Shown: positions 39,309 to 48,823, counted from the stretch's first letter. The stretch is DNA of 60,548 nt from a virus (IMGVR_UViG_3300017647_000004:1-60548), one strand, 5' to 3'. Notes: a model not told the origin generated them from the letters alone. Translations and numbers: made by a program.

Positions 39309-40380
39309 GCCGTTCCGTTTCTTTTGTTCGGTCGGGGAGACCCGCGAGATCGTCATCGTCGATGACAGCCCGGACTTCTTCCGGTATGAGCACCAACTCA
39401 AGGATGCCCGTACGAAGCGCTGGTCCCTCTTCACGCCCTGCATCGACGCCACGGCCAACTGCCCGGTCTGCGCTGCGTCGGATCGCCCCTCCTACTACGC
39501 GATGTATCTCACGATCATCGACCTCACGCCCTACACCAATGCGGACGGCGATGAAGTCGAGTGGTCGAAGAAGCTGCTTGTCGTCAAGCCGGCGCAGCAG
39601 AAGAAGATCGCGCGGCTCTACGAGAAGCACGGCACGCTGCGCGGCATGCGCCTGGAAATGACCCGCGACGGCGAGAAGGATGCGTCCATCGGCGGGGACA
39701 TCGAATTCCTCGACTTCATGGAGGAAGACGAACTCCAGGAATTCGTTACCGAGTACGAGGACAAGGAAGGCAAGGTCCACGAAGTCATCGGTGACGAGCC
39801 GTTCGACTACGAGGCCATTTTCCCCGAAATGACCGACAAGCAACTGCGCGCTCTGGTCGGCGGGGCCGCCAGCACGGGTAACCGCGAGGACGACGACCGT
39901 GAGATCGGCCGCAGCAGCCGTCGCCGCGACCGCGACGATGACGATGATCCTCCGCGCCGCCGTTCGGCCCGACCCAGCCGCGACGCGGACCAGGACGACG
40001 ACGACGCTCCGCGCAGCCGCAGCGCCCGCCGATCCCGCAACGCCGAAACCGAGGACCAAGACGATGCCGCAGAATCCCGCAGTGAGCGCCGCCGCGCACC
40101 GCCCGATGATGATGTCGATCCTCCGGCTCGCCGGGGCCGACGCGAAGCGGCGGAAGCTGATGACGATCCCCCGCAGCGTTCGCGCACGACTCGTCGCAGC
40201 GAGGCCGCCGAGACTGACGATGATCCGCCCCAACAACCTGCCCGCCGCGCGGCTGCGCGTCGTTCTGCGCCCGCCGAGGATGCGGACCCTGCGGACGATG
40301 CCGGCCAGGACGCCGATCCTCCGCGCCGCACCGGGGCTTCGGTAGCGTCGCGTCGCGCGGCCCTTCGTCGCGGAGCGTAG
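39157..40380 (+). CDS. Single-stranded DNA-binding protein-like, with long Asp/Arg low-complexity tail
   Basis: YEHQ..FTPC....CPVC Zn-type motif as in gp32-like SSBs; position in replication module; GGAG RBS. Confidence 0.6.
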   Translation: MATARTARRAPARTEVTGTSQYRGAAGLKKMQEEQDRAEARREAAKNRVREPFRFFCSVGETREIVIVDDSPDFFRYEHQLKDARTKRWSLFTPCIDATANCPVCAASDRPSYYAMYLTIIDLTPYTNADGDEVEWSKKLLVVKPAQQKKIARLYEKHGTLRGMRLEMTRDGEKDASIGGDIEFLDFMEEDELQEFVTEYEDKEGKVHEVIGDEPFDYEAIFPEMTDKQLRALVGGAASTGNREDDDREIGRSSRRRDRDDDDDPPRRRSARPSRDADQDDDDAPRSRSARRSRNAETEDQDDAAESRSERRRAPPDDDVDPPARRGRREAAEADDDPPQRSRTTRRSEAAETDDDPPQQPARRAAARRSAPAEDADPADDAGQDADPPRRTGASVASRRAALRRGA

Positions 40381-40383
40381 GCC

Positions 40384-42123
40384 ATGCCCCAGGCGCAATT
40401 GTCTGGGGCGATGAAACTTCCCATCTCTCAAGTAGATACCAAGAGCCTGAAGCGCCAACTGACCCTGAAGTATCGACCGATGGGGGCGGAGGCAGACATC
40501 AAGGTTCCGGTCTATGCAGAGGACGGGAAGTTTCTTTCTGTCCCTCGCCAATTCGGGATTCGGTTTTGCAATCAATTGCAGATCGAATGGGAGGACTGCA
40601 CGTCCGAGGGGCATGCTGCCCGGTTCCCGCGCGTACCGAGCCTGCGGGACTACCAGGAAGAGCCAGTCGCGGACCTGCTGGATTGCTTCGGCGATTACTA
40701 CGACGTGGTATTCCGGGCGCGGACAGGCTTCGGCAAGACCATCGCCTCCCTCTACGTCGCTGCGCAGTTTGGCCGCACCACGCTGATCGTGGTAGACCAG
40801 GAGAACTTGCGAGACCAATGGATTGACGAAACGCTGATACCGCACTTCGGGTTCAAGCGGGAAGACATCGGTATCGTCCAGGGCACGAAATGCGACTACA
40901 AGGGCAAGCCGGTCGTTGTCGCCATGATCCAGACGTTGACGCAAAAGAGGTTCGCGCGGGACTTCTACGACTACTTCGGTTTCGTCATATTCGACGAGGT
41001 ACACACCACGGGCGCGCCGACGTTCCAAACCACGCTATCCCAGTTCTCCGCGTCACGCCGGCTGTCGGTGTCGGCCACGCCCAAACGGCGAGACGGGTTG
41101 CAGAAGGCCCTCGACTACAACCTCGGCCCGGTGAGAGTTGCCGCAGACGCGGAGCACGACGAGTCGGCTGTTTACATTCTTCGTCATCCGACTGTATATT
41201 CCTGGTACGCGAACATTTCCCCCAAGGTAGGTCGGATTATCACGGAGGTCTCGGAAGACGGCCCCCGGAATCTGATGGTCGCGGAAGCCATTCAATGGCT
41301 CTACGAAAGCGGGCGAGACGTTCTGGTCCTGAGCGACCGGATCGAGCAGTTGAACGAGATCAAGGAATTGCTCTACTACCTCGGCATGGAGGAAGAAGAG
41401 ATCGGGCTGTACGTTGGTATGCATCCGGTCTGGCAATGGGTCAAAGACCCCAAACCGCCAAGGCGGCCGCAGGGCTGGGAGCCGGGCACCGACTACACCC
41501 CCGTCAAACTGACCATGGTCCAGAAGAAGACGCCGAAGGAGCGACTGAAATGGATCAAGGAGCATGCAAGGATTATCCTGGCGACGTACGGGATGTTCCA
41601 GAAGGGAGTAGATGTACCACGATTGACGGCGGGCATAGACATCACGCCGCGCGGGGTAGCAGAGCAGGTCCACGGGCGGATCAAGCGCGGCAAGGTCGAT
41701 ATCTTGCCGATCTGGGTTACCATCGTGGACGAGAACAACTACAGGCTGTTGCATTCATTTGGGAATCGGGTCCGAGACTATCTGAAAGACAACGCTGTCC
41801 TTTATGAATGGAACGATGACGGGAGTACCACGCCATGCCGCTCAAACCAGTTATTACGCGAAACGGAAAGCCGGGTAACCGATTTAAAAGCACACCGGAT
41901 CGAAACCAACAGAGACGGGATAAATACGCTACTGACCCCGGAATCCGTGAAAAAGCAAAGGAGGCTTCAAGAAGCAGCTATCGTCGAGCGGTTCCGCTCC
42001 GTCCGAGCGCGCTCCAGGGAGGACTCCTTACCGCAGGAACCCTCCGCGAGATCACGCACGAAGACCTCGAACAGCCCACCACCGTCGAGACCTACACGGT
42101 CCCCGAAGCGGCGGCTGCGCTAG
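40384..42123 (+). CDS. Superfamily 2 DNA helicase
   Basis: LRDYQ, ARTGFGKT, FDEVH, SATPKRRDG, GVDVP, QVHGRIKR. Confidence 0.88.
   Translation: MPQAQLSGAMKLPISQVDTKSLKRQLTLKYRPMGAEADIKVPVYAEDGKFLSVPRQFGIRFCNQLQIEWEDCTSEGHAARFPRVPSLRDYQEEPVADLLDCFGDYYDVVFRARTGFGKTIASLYVAAQFGRTTLIVVDQENLRDQWIDETLIPHFGFKREDIGIVQGTKCDYKGKPVVVAMIQTLTQKRFARDFYDYFGFVIFDEVHTTGAPTFQTTLSQFSASRRLSVSATPKRRDGLQKALDYNLGPVRVAADAEHDESAVYILRHPTVYSWYANISPKVGRIITEVSEDGPRNLMVAEAIQWLYESGRDVLVLSDRIEQLNEIKELLYYLGMEEEEIGLYVGMHPVWQWVKDPKPPRRPQGWEPGTDYTPVKLTMVQKKTPKERLKWIKEHARIILATYGMFQKGVDVPRLTAGIDITPRGVAEQVHGRIKRGKVDILPIWVTIVDENNYRLLHSFGNRVRDYLKDNAVLYEWNDDGSTTPCRSNQLLRETESRVTDLKAHRIETNRDGINTLLTPESVKKQRRLQEAAIVERFRSVRARSREDSLPQEPSARSRTKTSNSPPPSRPTRSPKRRLR
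40567..40580 (+). repeat. 14-bp dispersed motif copy (in SF2 helicase)
   Basis: TGCAATCAATTGCA. Confidence 0.9.
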
Positions 42124-42353
42124 GTAAGTCGGTCCCGAACTTCCGGCGCTGGCTGGACCGCGATCTGGTCCCGGCCCCGTATATGCGGGAAACGGCGCGG
42201 GGCCTGCGCGTCTACACGGTAGGAGAACTGGAGATCATCGGGCAGGAGTTGGCCCTGCATGAACAGGAATTCGCCTACTACTGCGCACAACACGAAGACG
42301 TACGCCACCGGATGTTCCAGCGCATCCAAGGCTACCGGGCGCACAATATTTAA
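41835..42353 (+). CDS. MerR-like HTH DNA-binding protein
   Basis: YTVPEAAAALGKSVPNFRRW..RDLVP...RVYT; GGGAG RBS. Confidence 0.6.
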   Translation: MPLKPVITRNGKPGNRFKSTPDRNQQRRDKYATDPGIREKAKEASRSSYRRAVPLRPSALQGGLLTAGTLREITHEDLEQPTTVETYTVPEAAAALGKSVPNFRRWLDRDLVPAPYMRETARGLRVYTVGELEIIGQELALHEQEFAYYCAQHEDVRHRMFQRIQGYRAHNI

Positions 42354-42371
42354 ACCAGAAAGGAAGCCATC

Positions 42372-42716
42372 ATGGCAGAACGCAGACTACGGTCCGCTGC
42401 CGCTCGGGCGAGGTCGGCGGCCAAGAGCGAGACCATCAAACGCACCACGCGCTCCGGCGCTTACGGCAGCGAAGAAGAAGAGCAAGAAACCCTGGGTGAG
42501 GTTGATTTCCCCGCTGGCGTAGAGCCGGCTTTCGTTCGGGTGAGCGCGGGCGGCACCTACAATTTGGGGGACTATAATTCTCTGCGCCTGGATGTCAGCG
42601 TCACGATCCCCTGCCACCCCGGGAAGATCGAGCAGACGTACCGGGACGCCTCCGACTTCGTTGCCGAGAAGTTGAGCGAAGAAGAAACGGCATGGATGGG
42701 CACAAAGAGGAAATAA
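42372..42716 (+). CDS. Hypothetical protein
   Basis: TYNLGDYNSLRLDVSV motif common in phage replication modules; AGGA RBS. Confidence 0.65.
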   Translation: MAERRLRSAAARARSAAKSETIKRTTRSGAYGSEEEEQETLGEVDFPAGVEPAFVRVSAGGTYNLGDYNSLRLDVSVTIPCHPGKIEQTYRDASDFVAEKLSEEETAWMGTKRK

Positions 42717-42717
42717 C

Positions 42718-43869
42718 ATGGCACGCACACGGGTTAGAGGGAAGGTCCAAGGCGTCAAAGAGGGGGCGGAGAAGGCGGCACCCCGGGAACTGGATCAGGT
42801 TGTTGCAGCGATCCGCAAGAACCAAGGCGAGCACACCATCGTCAAGGGCAGCAGCGTCTACCAGCCGCCTCGTCTGTCCACTGGGGTATTTACCCTGGAC
42901 ATGGCGCTCTGTGGCGGGATCATACGTGGCAAGGTCAACGACTTCTCCGGCGCGAAGCACTCCGGGAAGACCACCGTCATGCTCAAGACGCTGGCGTTGT
43001 ACCAGCAGCGATACCCGGACGAGCAGGTTGCGCTGGTCGATGCGGAGCACACTTATGACCCGGTATGGGCTGCGGTTCATGGCATCGACAACGATAGGTT
43101 GCTCATCGTCAAGCCCGATACCGCAGAGCAGGCCATTGATCTGGTCGATGCGCTCATGCGCACGCTGGAGATCGGGTTACTGGGCCTGGACTCCATCGCG
43201 GCGCTGATCCCCACCAAGGTCCAGGAAACGTCCGCCGAGGACAACGACACGCCGGGGCTGCACGCCAAGCTCACGACCAAACTGGTATCGAAGGTGAACT
43301 CCGCGCTGCTGTCCGAGTCGAAGCGCGGGCACTATCCCACCTTGCTCTGCACTAACCAATGGCGCGCCGGCATCGGCAAATGGGCACCCCCGGGCCAGGA
43401 AGCGCTCAGTTCGCCGGGCGGCAAAGCGTACGAACACTATCTGTCCACGCGCACCATCTTCAAGAACTACGAGAAGATCGAGAAGGATAGCCAGGGCTTC
43501 GAGACGCTGGCCTACAACGAGCACTCGTTCAAGATCGACAAGAACAAGTTCAACGCGGGCATCCGTACTGGTGAGTTCCAGATGATGCGGCGCGACCACG
43601 CAACGCTGCCTCTGAGTACCGGCGACATCGACGAGGCCGGCACGATGCTTGCCACCGCCAAGCGCATGGGCATCTACACGGGCGGCGGCCGGTCCTGGAA
43701 GCTGGAAATCATCGACGACGAATACCCGTTCGGTAACGCCGACGAGGCCATCGAGTTCCTGTACGAGAACCAGGACGTAAAGCAGGCGCTGCGCAACCAT
43801 CTGATCGCCCTGCACGCCGTCAAGCTGGGCATGCCCCAGTATTTCATCGACTCGATCTACGAGATGTGA
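42718..43869 (+). CDS. recA: RecA/UvsX-like recombinase
   Basis: STGVFTLDMALCGG, GAKHSGKTT, VDAEH, LDSIAAL, NQWR, PGGKA. Confidence 0.85.
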   Translation: MARTRVRGKVQGVKEGAEKAAPRELDQVVAAIRKNQGEHTIVKGSSVYQPPRLSTGVFTLDMALCGGIIRGKVNDFSGAKHSGKTTVMLKTLALYQQRYPDEQVALVDAEHTYDPVWAAVHGIDNDRLLIVKPDTAEQAIDLVDALMRTLEIGLLGLDSIAALIPTKVQETSAEDNDTPGLHAKLTTKLVSKVNSALLSESKRGHYPTLLCTNQWRAGIGKWAPPGQEALSSPGGKAYEHYLSTRTIFKNYEKIEKDSQGFETLAYNEHSFKIDKNKFNAGIRTGEFQMMRRDHATLPLSTGDIDEAGTMLATAKRMGIYTGGGRSWKLEIIDDEYPFGNADEAIEFLYENQDVKQALRNHLIALHAVKLGMPQYFIDSIYEM

Positions 43870-43870
43870 C

Positions 43871-44257
43871 ATGGCTACCAGAACGATCCGGCGAATCCGC
43901 CGCCCTGTTCAGCAGGACATCTTCCAGCAGACGGGCATCGACAAAGCCTCGGTTGTTGAGCGCATCCGCACGATGCTGCGGGTCCGGCGCGGGGAGACCA
44001 AGGACCAGTTGACCGCCATGTACAAGCGGTTGAATCCAGGTTGCGATCCCCGGGTCGTAGACGCCGCCATCTCCGTCGCCATCGAAGAGGAATACGCCGT
44101 TCAGATGATGGAGGTCTACCGCTTCCTGCGGAAGGTCCAGGACGAGGCACGCACCGTCAAGGCTGCGCGCGCCAAACTGTCAGAGGCATTCGCAGACGAT
44201 CTCAAGCCGGCCGAGATCGACATCATTCTTGAACTGTTGGCTCGCAAGCTACCATGA
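43871..44257 (+). CDS. Hypothetical protein
   Basis: Tightly packed + strand ORF. Confidence 0.6.
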   Translation: MATRTIRRIRRPVQQDIFQQTGIDKASVVERIRTMLRVRRGETKDQLTAMYKRLNPGCDPRVVDAAISVAIEEEYAVQMMEVYRFLRKVQDEARTVKAARAKLSEAFADDLKPAEIDIILELLARKLP

Positions 44258-44757
44258 GCGAGTACGCGGACGAATGGCTGGCCGCAACCGGCCACCGGCC
44301 TGACAAACTGGGCGGCTACGGGGCCAAGGCCGAGACGCGCCGTATCGAGTTCGCCCTGCGCGTCCTGGACGGCATGCGCCCCAAAGGAATGATCGTCGGC
44401 ATGGCTCAGGGCTGGGATATGGCCGTCGCTGAGGCATGCTATCTGCTGGACATCCCCTACCGCGCGTTCGTCCCGTTCCAGGGCCAGGAGAGCGTCTGGC
44501 CGAGCGCCACGCAAACGCTGTATCGCAACCTGCTGGACAAGGCGCTGGAGATCGTCGTAGTCAGCCCGGGCGGGTACAGCAGGAAGGCCATGCAGGACCG
44601 CAACGAGGCCATGGTGGACGATCCCCTGGTCACCACCATCCTGGCCTTGTGGAGCGGCACCCCGGGCGGCACGGCAAGTTGCATCCGCTACGCCCAGCTT
44701 ATCGCAGCCAAGCCAGTAGTAAACCTCTGGCAACTTTGGGATGAACACAATGGCTAA
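44254..44757 (+). CDS. SLOG-superfamily (DUF1273/YspA-like) protein
   Basis: TGHRP, GMAQGWD, PFQGQE..W, MQDRNEAMVD, GGTASC. Confidence 0.8.
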   Translation: MSEYADEWLAATGHRPDKLGGYGAKAETRRIEFALRVLDGMRPKGMIVGMAQGWDMAVAEACYLLDIPYRAFVPFQGQESVWPSATQTLYRNLLDKALEIVVVSPGGYSRKAMQDRNEAMVDDPLVTTILALWSGTPGGTASCIRYAQLIAAKPVVNLWQLWDEHNG

Positions 44758-45127
44758 TCCGTATCTGAAGCGCCTGGAGAACCCGGCTCTGGCTAACTCC
44801 AATGGGCATTCCCACAAACGCGCAAAGCGGCAGGAGAAGGAGATCGCCAAGCGCATCGGCGGGCGGCTGGTTCCTCGATCTGGCGCGGGAGACATCAAAG
44901 GTGACTGCCGTCTGAAGGGCATCTTGCGGATCGAGGCCAAGACCACCGGCAACAGGTCGTTTTCGGTCACCCTGGACATGATCGACAAAATAGAGGAAGC
45001 TGCCGTCTCTGCCGGAGAGATGCCGGTCATCGTCATCGAATTCAACAACAACGGAAAGCGCATGAAAGAGATCGCGGTCTGCCCGACCTGGGTACTCGAC
45101 TCCATCTGCGCGAATCAACAAGGATAG
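44750..45127 (+). CDS. PD-(D/E)xK endonuclease, Hjc-like resolvase
   Basis: E.EIAK..PRSGA..KGD...IEAKTT. Confidence 0.7.
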   Translation: MANPYLKRLENPALANSNGHSHKRAKRQEKEIAKRIGGRLVPRSGAGDIKGDCRLKGILRIEAKTTGNRSFSVTLDMIDKIEEAAVSAGEMPVIVIEFNNNGKRMKEIAVCPTWVLDSICANQQG

Positions 45128-45129
45128 TC

Positions 45130-46086
45130 ATGGTCACCCGTCTGCGCCGCACAATGGTCAAACCCCCGGAGAACACGACGGTCCGCCGCATCACGCGCCG
45201 CCGCCTGGGCGCGCCGGAGCCTGCCCCGGCTCGACGTGCCGATGCTGATGGGAAGATTGTCGAACTGGACGAGGACAGCCCTCTCGTCGAATACCTGAAG
45301 CGAGTACGCTCCACGCCACGGGCAATGCGGGGCGGGGACTACCTCCACGTCTCCGACCTGATCCATCGCTGCCTGCGCAAATCCGCGCTCTGCGAAAAGT
45401 ACAACGTCAAGCCGCGCCCCCAGGTACTAACCTTGGGCGACCGCTTCACCTTTGCACAGGGTGAGGCGATTCACGATACGGCCAAGCAGATGTTCGTCGA
45501 GTCCGCTCCGAACGAGATATGGGGCAGATGGCGCTGCCATTGCGGCTTCCTGCACCACGAGGAACCCTGCACACTGGAAGAGACCGATGTCGATGAGGTC
45601 TGCCCACAATGCCGGAAGAAATGCAACATCTACGAAGAAGTCCCGATGTTCGACGACGAGTTGATGGTTGTGGGCAACCCGGACCTTCTGCACTACCGGC
45701 AAGCGATACAGGCGTTCCACGTATCGGAGTTGAAATCAATTTCACACGATCAATGGAAAGACCTTAAGAGACCGCTGCCGGACCATGTACTCCAGGCGAT
45801 TTTTTACTGGCGCATCATGCACAGGCGGGGGTATCCTCTCACCGACCACGTTTCCATCCTGTATGTCACCAAGGGCTGGGTCTTCGGGTACACATCGCCG
45901 GTCAAGGAATTTGTCCTGAAGGTCGCTCCCGAACTGCCGCGCCTCAACGACATGATCGAGGACGCTATCGCGTACCGGGATGCGAAGAAAAGCGGGCGGT
46001 TGCCCATCCGAATCAAATGCTCGACCACGGAGTCCCCAGATGCGAAGAATTGTGAGGTCTGCCAACTCTGCTTCCAGGAGCGCTAA
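45130..46086 (+). CDS. PD-(D/E)xK (Cas4-like) exonuclease
   Basis: HVSDL..C.RK, GEAIH, EE, GNPD, ELKS, QAIFY, C-terminal C..C..C. Confidence 0.7.
   Translation: MVTRLRRTMVKPPENTTVRRITRRRLGAPEPAPARRADADGKIVELDEDSPLVEYLKRVRSTPRAMRGGDYLHVSDLIHRCLRKSALCEKYNVKPRPQVLTLGDRFTFAQGEAIHDTAKQMFVESAPNEIWGRWRCHCGFLHHEEPCTLEETDVDEVCPQCRKKCNIYEEVPMFDDELMVVGNPDLLHYRQAIQAFHVSELKSISHDQWKDLKRPLPDHVLQAIFYWRIMHRRGYPLTDHVSILYVTKGWVFGYTSPVKEFVLKVAPELPRLNDMIEDAIAYRDAKKSGRLPIRIKCSTTESPDAKNCEVCQLCFQER
45731..45744 (+). repeat. 14-bp dispersed motif copy (in exonuclease)
   Basis: TGAAATCAATTTCA. Confidence 0.85.
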
Positions 46087-46642
46087 ACCTCGACGCCGCA
46101 TCGTCGGTATAGATGCGTCCCTGACTTCCACCGGCTTCGCCTACCGGCTTGATGGGGAAGTACGAACCGGGCGGGTCGATACTGGCAAGCTGCGCGGCTC
46201 CCACCGGCTCTACTACATACGCGAGCGGGCCAGGGAGGTTATCCAGGCATCGCGGGCGGAGGTAGTAGTTCTGGAAGACTATGCGTTCAGTCGAGGCCCC
46301 AAGAGCGGCCGCGTCTTCAACATCGGTGAGGGCGGGGGCGTACTCAAATTATTGTTCTGGGAGATGGGCGTTGATGTTATTATCGTCTCGTCCACTTGTT
46401 TGAAGCGCTCGATTACTGGCAAAGGCCGACTATCGAAGGGCGCGGCGGGCAAGACGGAGATGATGAAGGCAATCCAGCAGTTGCTTGGTTACGACATCCG
46501 ACAGAGCGACGAGGCGGACGCCCTCGGCCTCATGGCCTACGGCGAAGCGTATCTGGATCAGGCAGGGCCTGCCCTACTGCTACAGAGAGTCCGGTCAGGG
46601 GAGCCCCCGACCATAGAGATGGGAGGTAAGCTGAAACGATGA
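46040..46642 (+). CDS. RuvC-like Holliday junction resolvase
   Basis: IVGIDASLTSTG, VVLEDY, LKRSITGKG...K, DEADAL; ATG 46040 with GGAG. Confidence 0.8.
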   Translation: MRRIVRSANSASRSAKPRRRIVGIDASLTSTGFAYRLDGEVRTGRVDTGKLRGSHRLYYIRERAREVIQASRAEVVVLEDYAFSRGPKSGRVFNIGEGGGVLKLLFWEMGVDVIIVSSTCLKRSITGKGRLSKGAAGKTEMMKAIQQLLGYDIRQSDEADALGLMAYGEAYLDQAGPALLLQRVRSGEPPTIEMGGKLKR

Positions 46643-46655
46643 CCCCTAACTAGCC

Positions 46656-46669
46656 TGCAATCAATTGCA
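46656..46669 (+). repeat. 14-bp dispersed motif copy (intergenic)
   Basis: TGCAATCAATTGCA. Confidence 0.9.
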
Positions 46670-46688
46670 AAAAGGTTCATGTGTACGG

Positions 46689-46717
46689 TTGCTGTTTTTC
46701 TCGAATTTCCATAACAT
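46689..46717 (+). promoter_or_regulatory. Possible sigma70-like promoter
   Basis: TTGCTG-17 bp-TAACAT in AT-rich gap, 20 bp downstream of a 14-bp motif copy. Confidence 0.35.
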
Positions 46718-46773
46718 GCATCCTGCACCAACCGAATCGGTCCAACTCCCGTAAACCCTGAAAGGTACACATC

Positions 46774-48027
46774 ATGGCGAAAGCTCAAACGAAGAAGGCG
46801 GCCCCCGCCGCAGCCGACGAGATCGTCGTCGGTTCCCAAGTCAAGTTCCTCGGCTACGACGAAAGTGTCCCCGAAGAGGAACGCATCCTCGAAGCCGAGC
46901 AAGTCTACGAAGTCGTCGGCCTGCCGGAAGTCGTCAAGGATGAAGAATCCGGCGAAGATGTCGAAACCGGCTTCGTGGTCAAGGCCCCGAACCCCGACTT
47001 CAACCCCAAGAAGAAGGTCCACCCCGACACGAACCCCGAATTCCTGGAAACCGAAGTCCTGGAAGACGAGATCGAGCTGGTCCCGGGCGAACCCGCTGCT
47101 GCCGCCGAACCGGCCGCCGAAGCCGAAGCCGAAGCCGAAGCTGCCAAGCCGGCGCGCGGCAAGGGTAAGGCCGGCGTCAAGGAGCAGACGGCTGCTGCCG
47201 ACACCAAAGCGACCAAGACCGCCGCCAAGAAGACCGCCAAGGCCGCGCCCAAGGAAGAAGCCGATGGCGAAGAGGCCGCCAACGACGAACTGCCCGACCT
47301 GGAAAACGAGGACGAGTCGGTTCTGGCGCTGATCGCGGAATCCGACGACCTGATCGCCACGGCGCAGGAACTGGAAGCCAACGTCGCCACGACCGAGTTC
47401 CAACTGGGCGGCATCCTGTTCCACATCAAGAAGGCCAAGTCCTACCTCGAAGTCGAGGGCGGCGAAGCCTACGATGAAGCCGGTGGCTTCCAGAAGTTCC
47501 TGCTGGACTTCTTCAATGTCGATTACCGCAAGGCGATGTACCTGATCGACATCTACACCTGCTTCACCCTGGCCGGCATCGAGAACCCGTCGCAGGTCGT
47601 GGCCGAGATCGGCTGGACCAAGGCCAGCAAGATAGCCAAGCATCTCGTGGGCGAGAACGCCGATGTCGAGGGCCTGATCGCCCTGGCGCAGGAAAACACC
47701 GTGGCCGACCTGTCCGAGGCCATCAAGGAGCAGGTCGAAGTCGGCTCCAGCAAGAACCCGGGCGAGAAGAAGACGCGCCTGACCCTGAAGTTCCGCTACT
47801 TCGAGGAAGAAGCGGCCATCGTCGAGGACACGCTGAACGCGGCCAAGGAACAACTGGGTCTGAAAGACACCACCGAAGCCCTGCTGCACATCCTGCAAGA
47901 ATGGGCGATCACCAACGGCGGTGAAGCGGCCGAGACGGGCAAGGAAGAGCAGGCCGCGCCGGCCCGCAAGGCCCCCGGCAAGCCCGCGACCAAGGCGGCT
48001 TCCAAGCGCGCCACGGCCAAGGCGTAA
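46774..48027 (+). CDS. Acidic/Ala-Lys-rich putative DNA-binding protein
   Basis: Strongly biased (high-expression) codons; histone-like AK tracts; LGGILFHIK..FQKFL..FNVDYRKAMYLI helical HTH-like core. Confidence 0.65.
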   Translation: MAKAQTKKAAPAAADEIVVGSQVKFLGYDESVPEEERILEAEQVYEVVGLPEVVKDEESGEDVETGFVVKAPNPDFNPKKKVHPDTNPEFLETEVLEDEIELVPGEPAAAAEPAAEAEAEAEAAKPARGKGKAGVKEQTAAADTKATKTAAKKTAKAAPKEEADGEEAANDELPDLENEDESVLALIAESDDLIATAQELEANVATTEFQLGGILFHIKKAKSYLEVEGGEAYDEAGGFQKFLLDFFNVDYRKAMYLIDIYTCFTLAGIENPSQVVAEIGWTKASKIAKHLVGENADVEGLIALAQENTVADLSEAIKEQVEVGSSKNPGEKKTRLTLKFRYFEEEAAIVEDTLNAAKEQLGLKDTTEALLHILQEWAITNGGEAAETGKEEQAAPARKAPGKPATKAASKRATAKA

Positions 48028-48054
48028 TCCGCGCCCCGGCCGGTAGCACCAAGC

Positions 48055-48087
48055 AAGGGGACCACTCTACGGGGCGGTCCCCTTTTT
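48055..48087 (+). terminator. Rho-independent terminator
   Basis: AAGGGGACC-N12-GGTCCCCTT-TTT. Confidence 0.7.
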
Positions 48088-48106
48088 CTCGTTCTGGGAG
48101 TGAAGA

Positions 48107-48820
48107 ATGGCAACACGTCGAATCGCCCGCCGAACTGGCGGCACGGCAAGCAGGCCCGAAGCGGCCCCTCAGCAGGACTTTCGCCAACAACGGCTGAAGT
48201 TCGAGTATCGGGACATCACCGATATCAATCCGTACGAATGGAACGCCCGGGACAACGCCAAGGCCGTCGAGGCGGTCAAGAAGTCCATCGAGACCTTCGG
48301 CTTCCTGGTCCCTTGCGTCATCGACGACGAGGGCAATCTGGCGGCGGGGCACACCCGCGTGGAGGCGGCCAAGCTGCTACAGATGACGGCAGTACCCGTG
48401 GTCTACGCCTCGCACCTGACCCCGGAGCAGTTGAACGCCTTCCGGTTGATCGACAACAAGGTCTCCGAGATCGCGGACTGGGACTACGATCTGCTGGCCG
48501 GCGAGATTGCCAAGCTGTCGGATGTCGGGTTCGATCTATCCGGCTACGGCTGGTCGGCGGAAGAAATCGACTGCCTGCGCTCCGTCGTGGCCGACGACTG
48601 CCTGGACAGCAACACGTTGGTCACAGACCAGGAGCGAGAGCAGATCACTCGGGCGGAGCGGCGCGCGCCGGCCACCACCCGTATCGTGATCGGGGAGTTC
48701 GTCTTCTTCGTCCCGCAGCGCAGCTATCGCACCTGGGCGGACGGCATCCGACAACTCTGCGACTTCGACGAAGAGAGCATCGCCGCAGAACTCAAGCGCC
48801 GGCTGGCGATCCCGGAGTAG
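48107..48820 (+). CDS. ParB/Srx N-terminal-domain protein
   Basis: INPYEWNAR, SIETFGF..P, AGHTRVEAA, FRLIDNK. Confidence 0.85.
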   Translation: MATRRIARRTGGTASRPEAAPQQDFRQQRLKFEYRDITDINPYEWNARDNAKAVEAVKKSIETFGFLVPCVIDDEGNLAAGHTRVEAAKLLQMTAVPVVYASHLTPEQLNAFRLIDNKVSEIADWDYDLLAGEIAKLSDVGFDLSGYGWSAEEIDCLRSVVADDCLDSNTLVTDQEREQITRAERRAPATTRIVIGEFVFFVPQRSYRTWADGIRQLCDFDEESIAAELKRRLAIPE

Positions 48821-48823
48821 CCC

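Noticed and set aside
45130-46086. Cas4-like nuclease as evidence of CRISPR-Cas
   Set aside because: Solo Cas4-like exonucleases are common in phage recombination modules; no array or other cas genes
47116-47139. GCCGAA x4 tandem repeat
   Set aside because: Encodes an Ala-Glu linker; in-frame low complexity with no sign of phase variation
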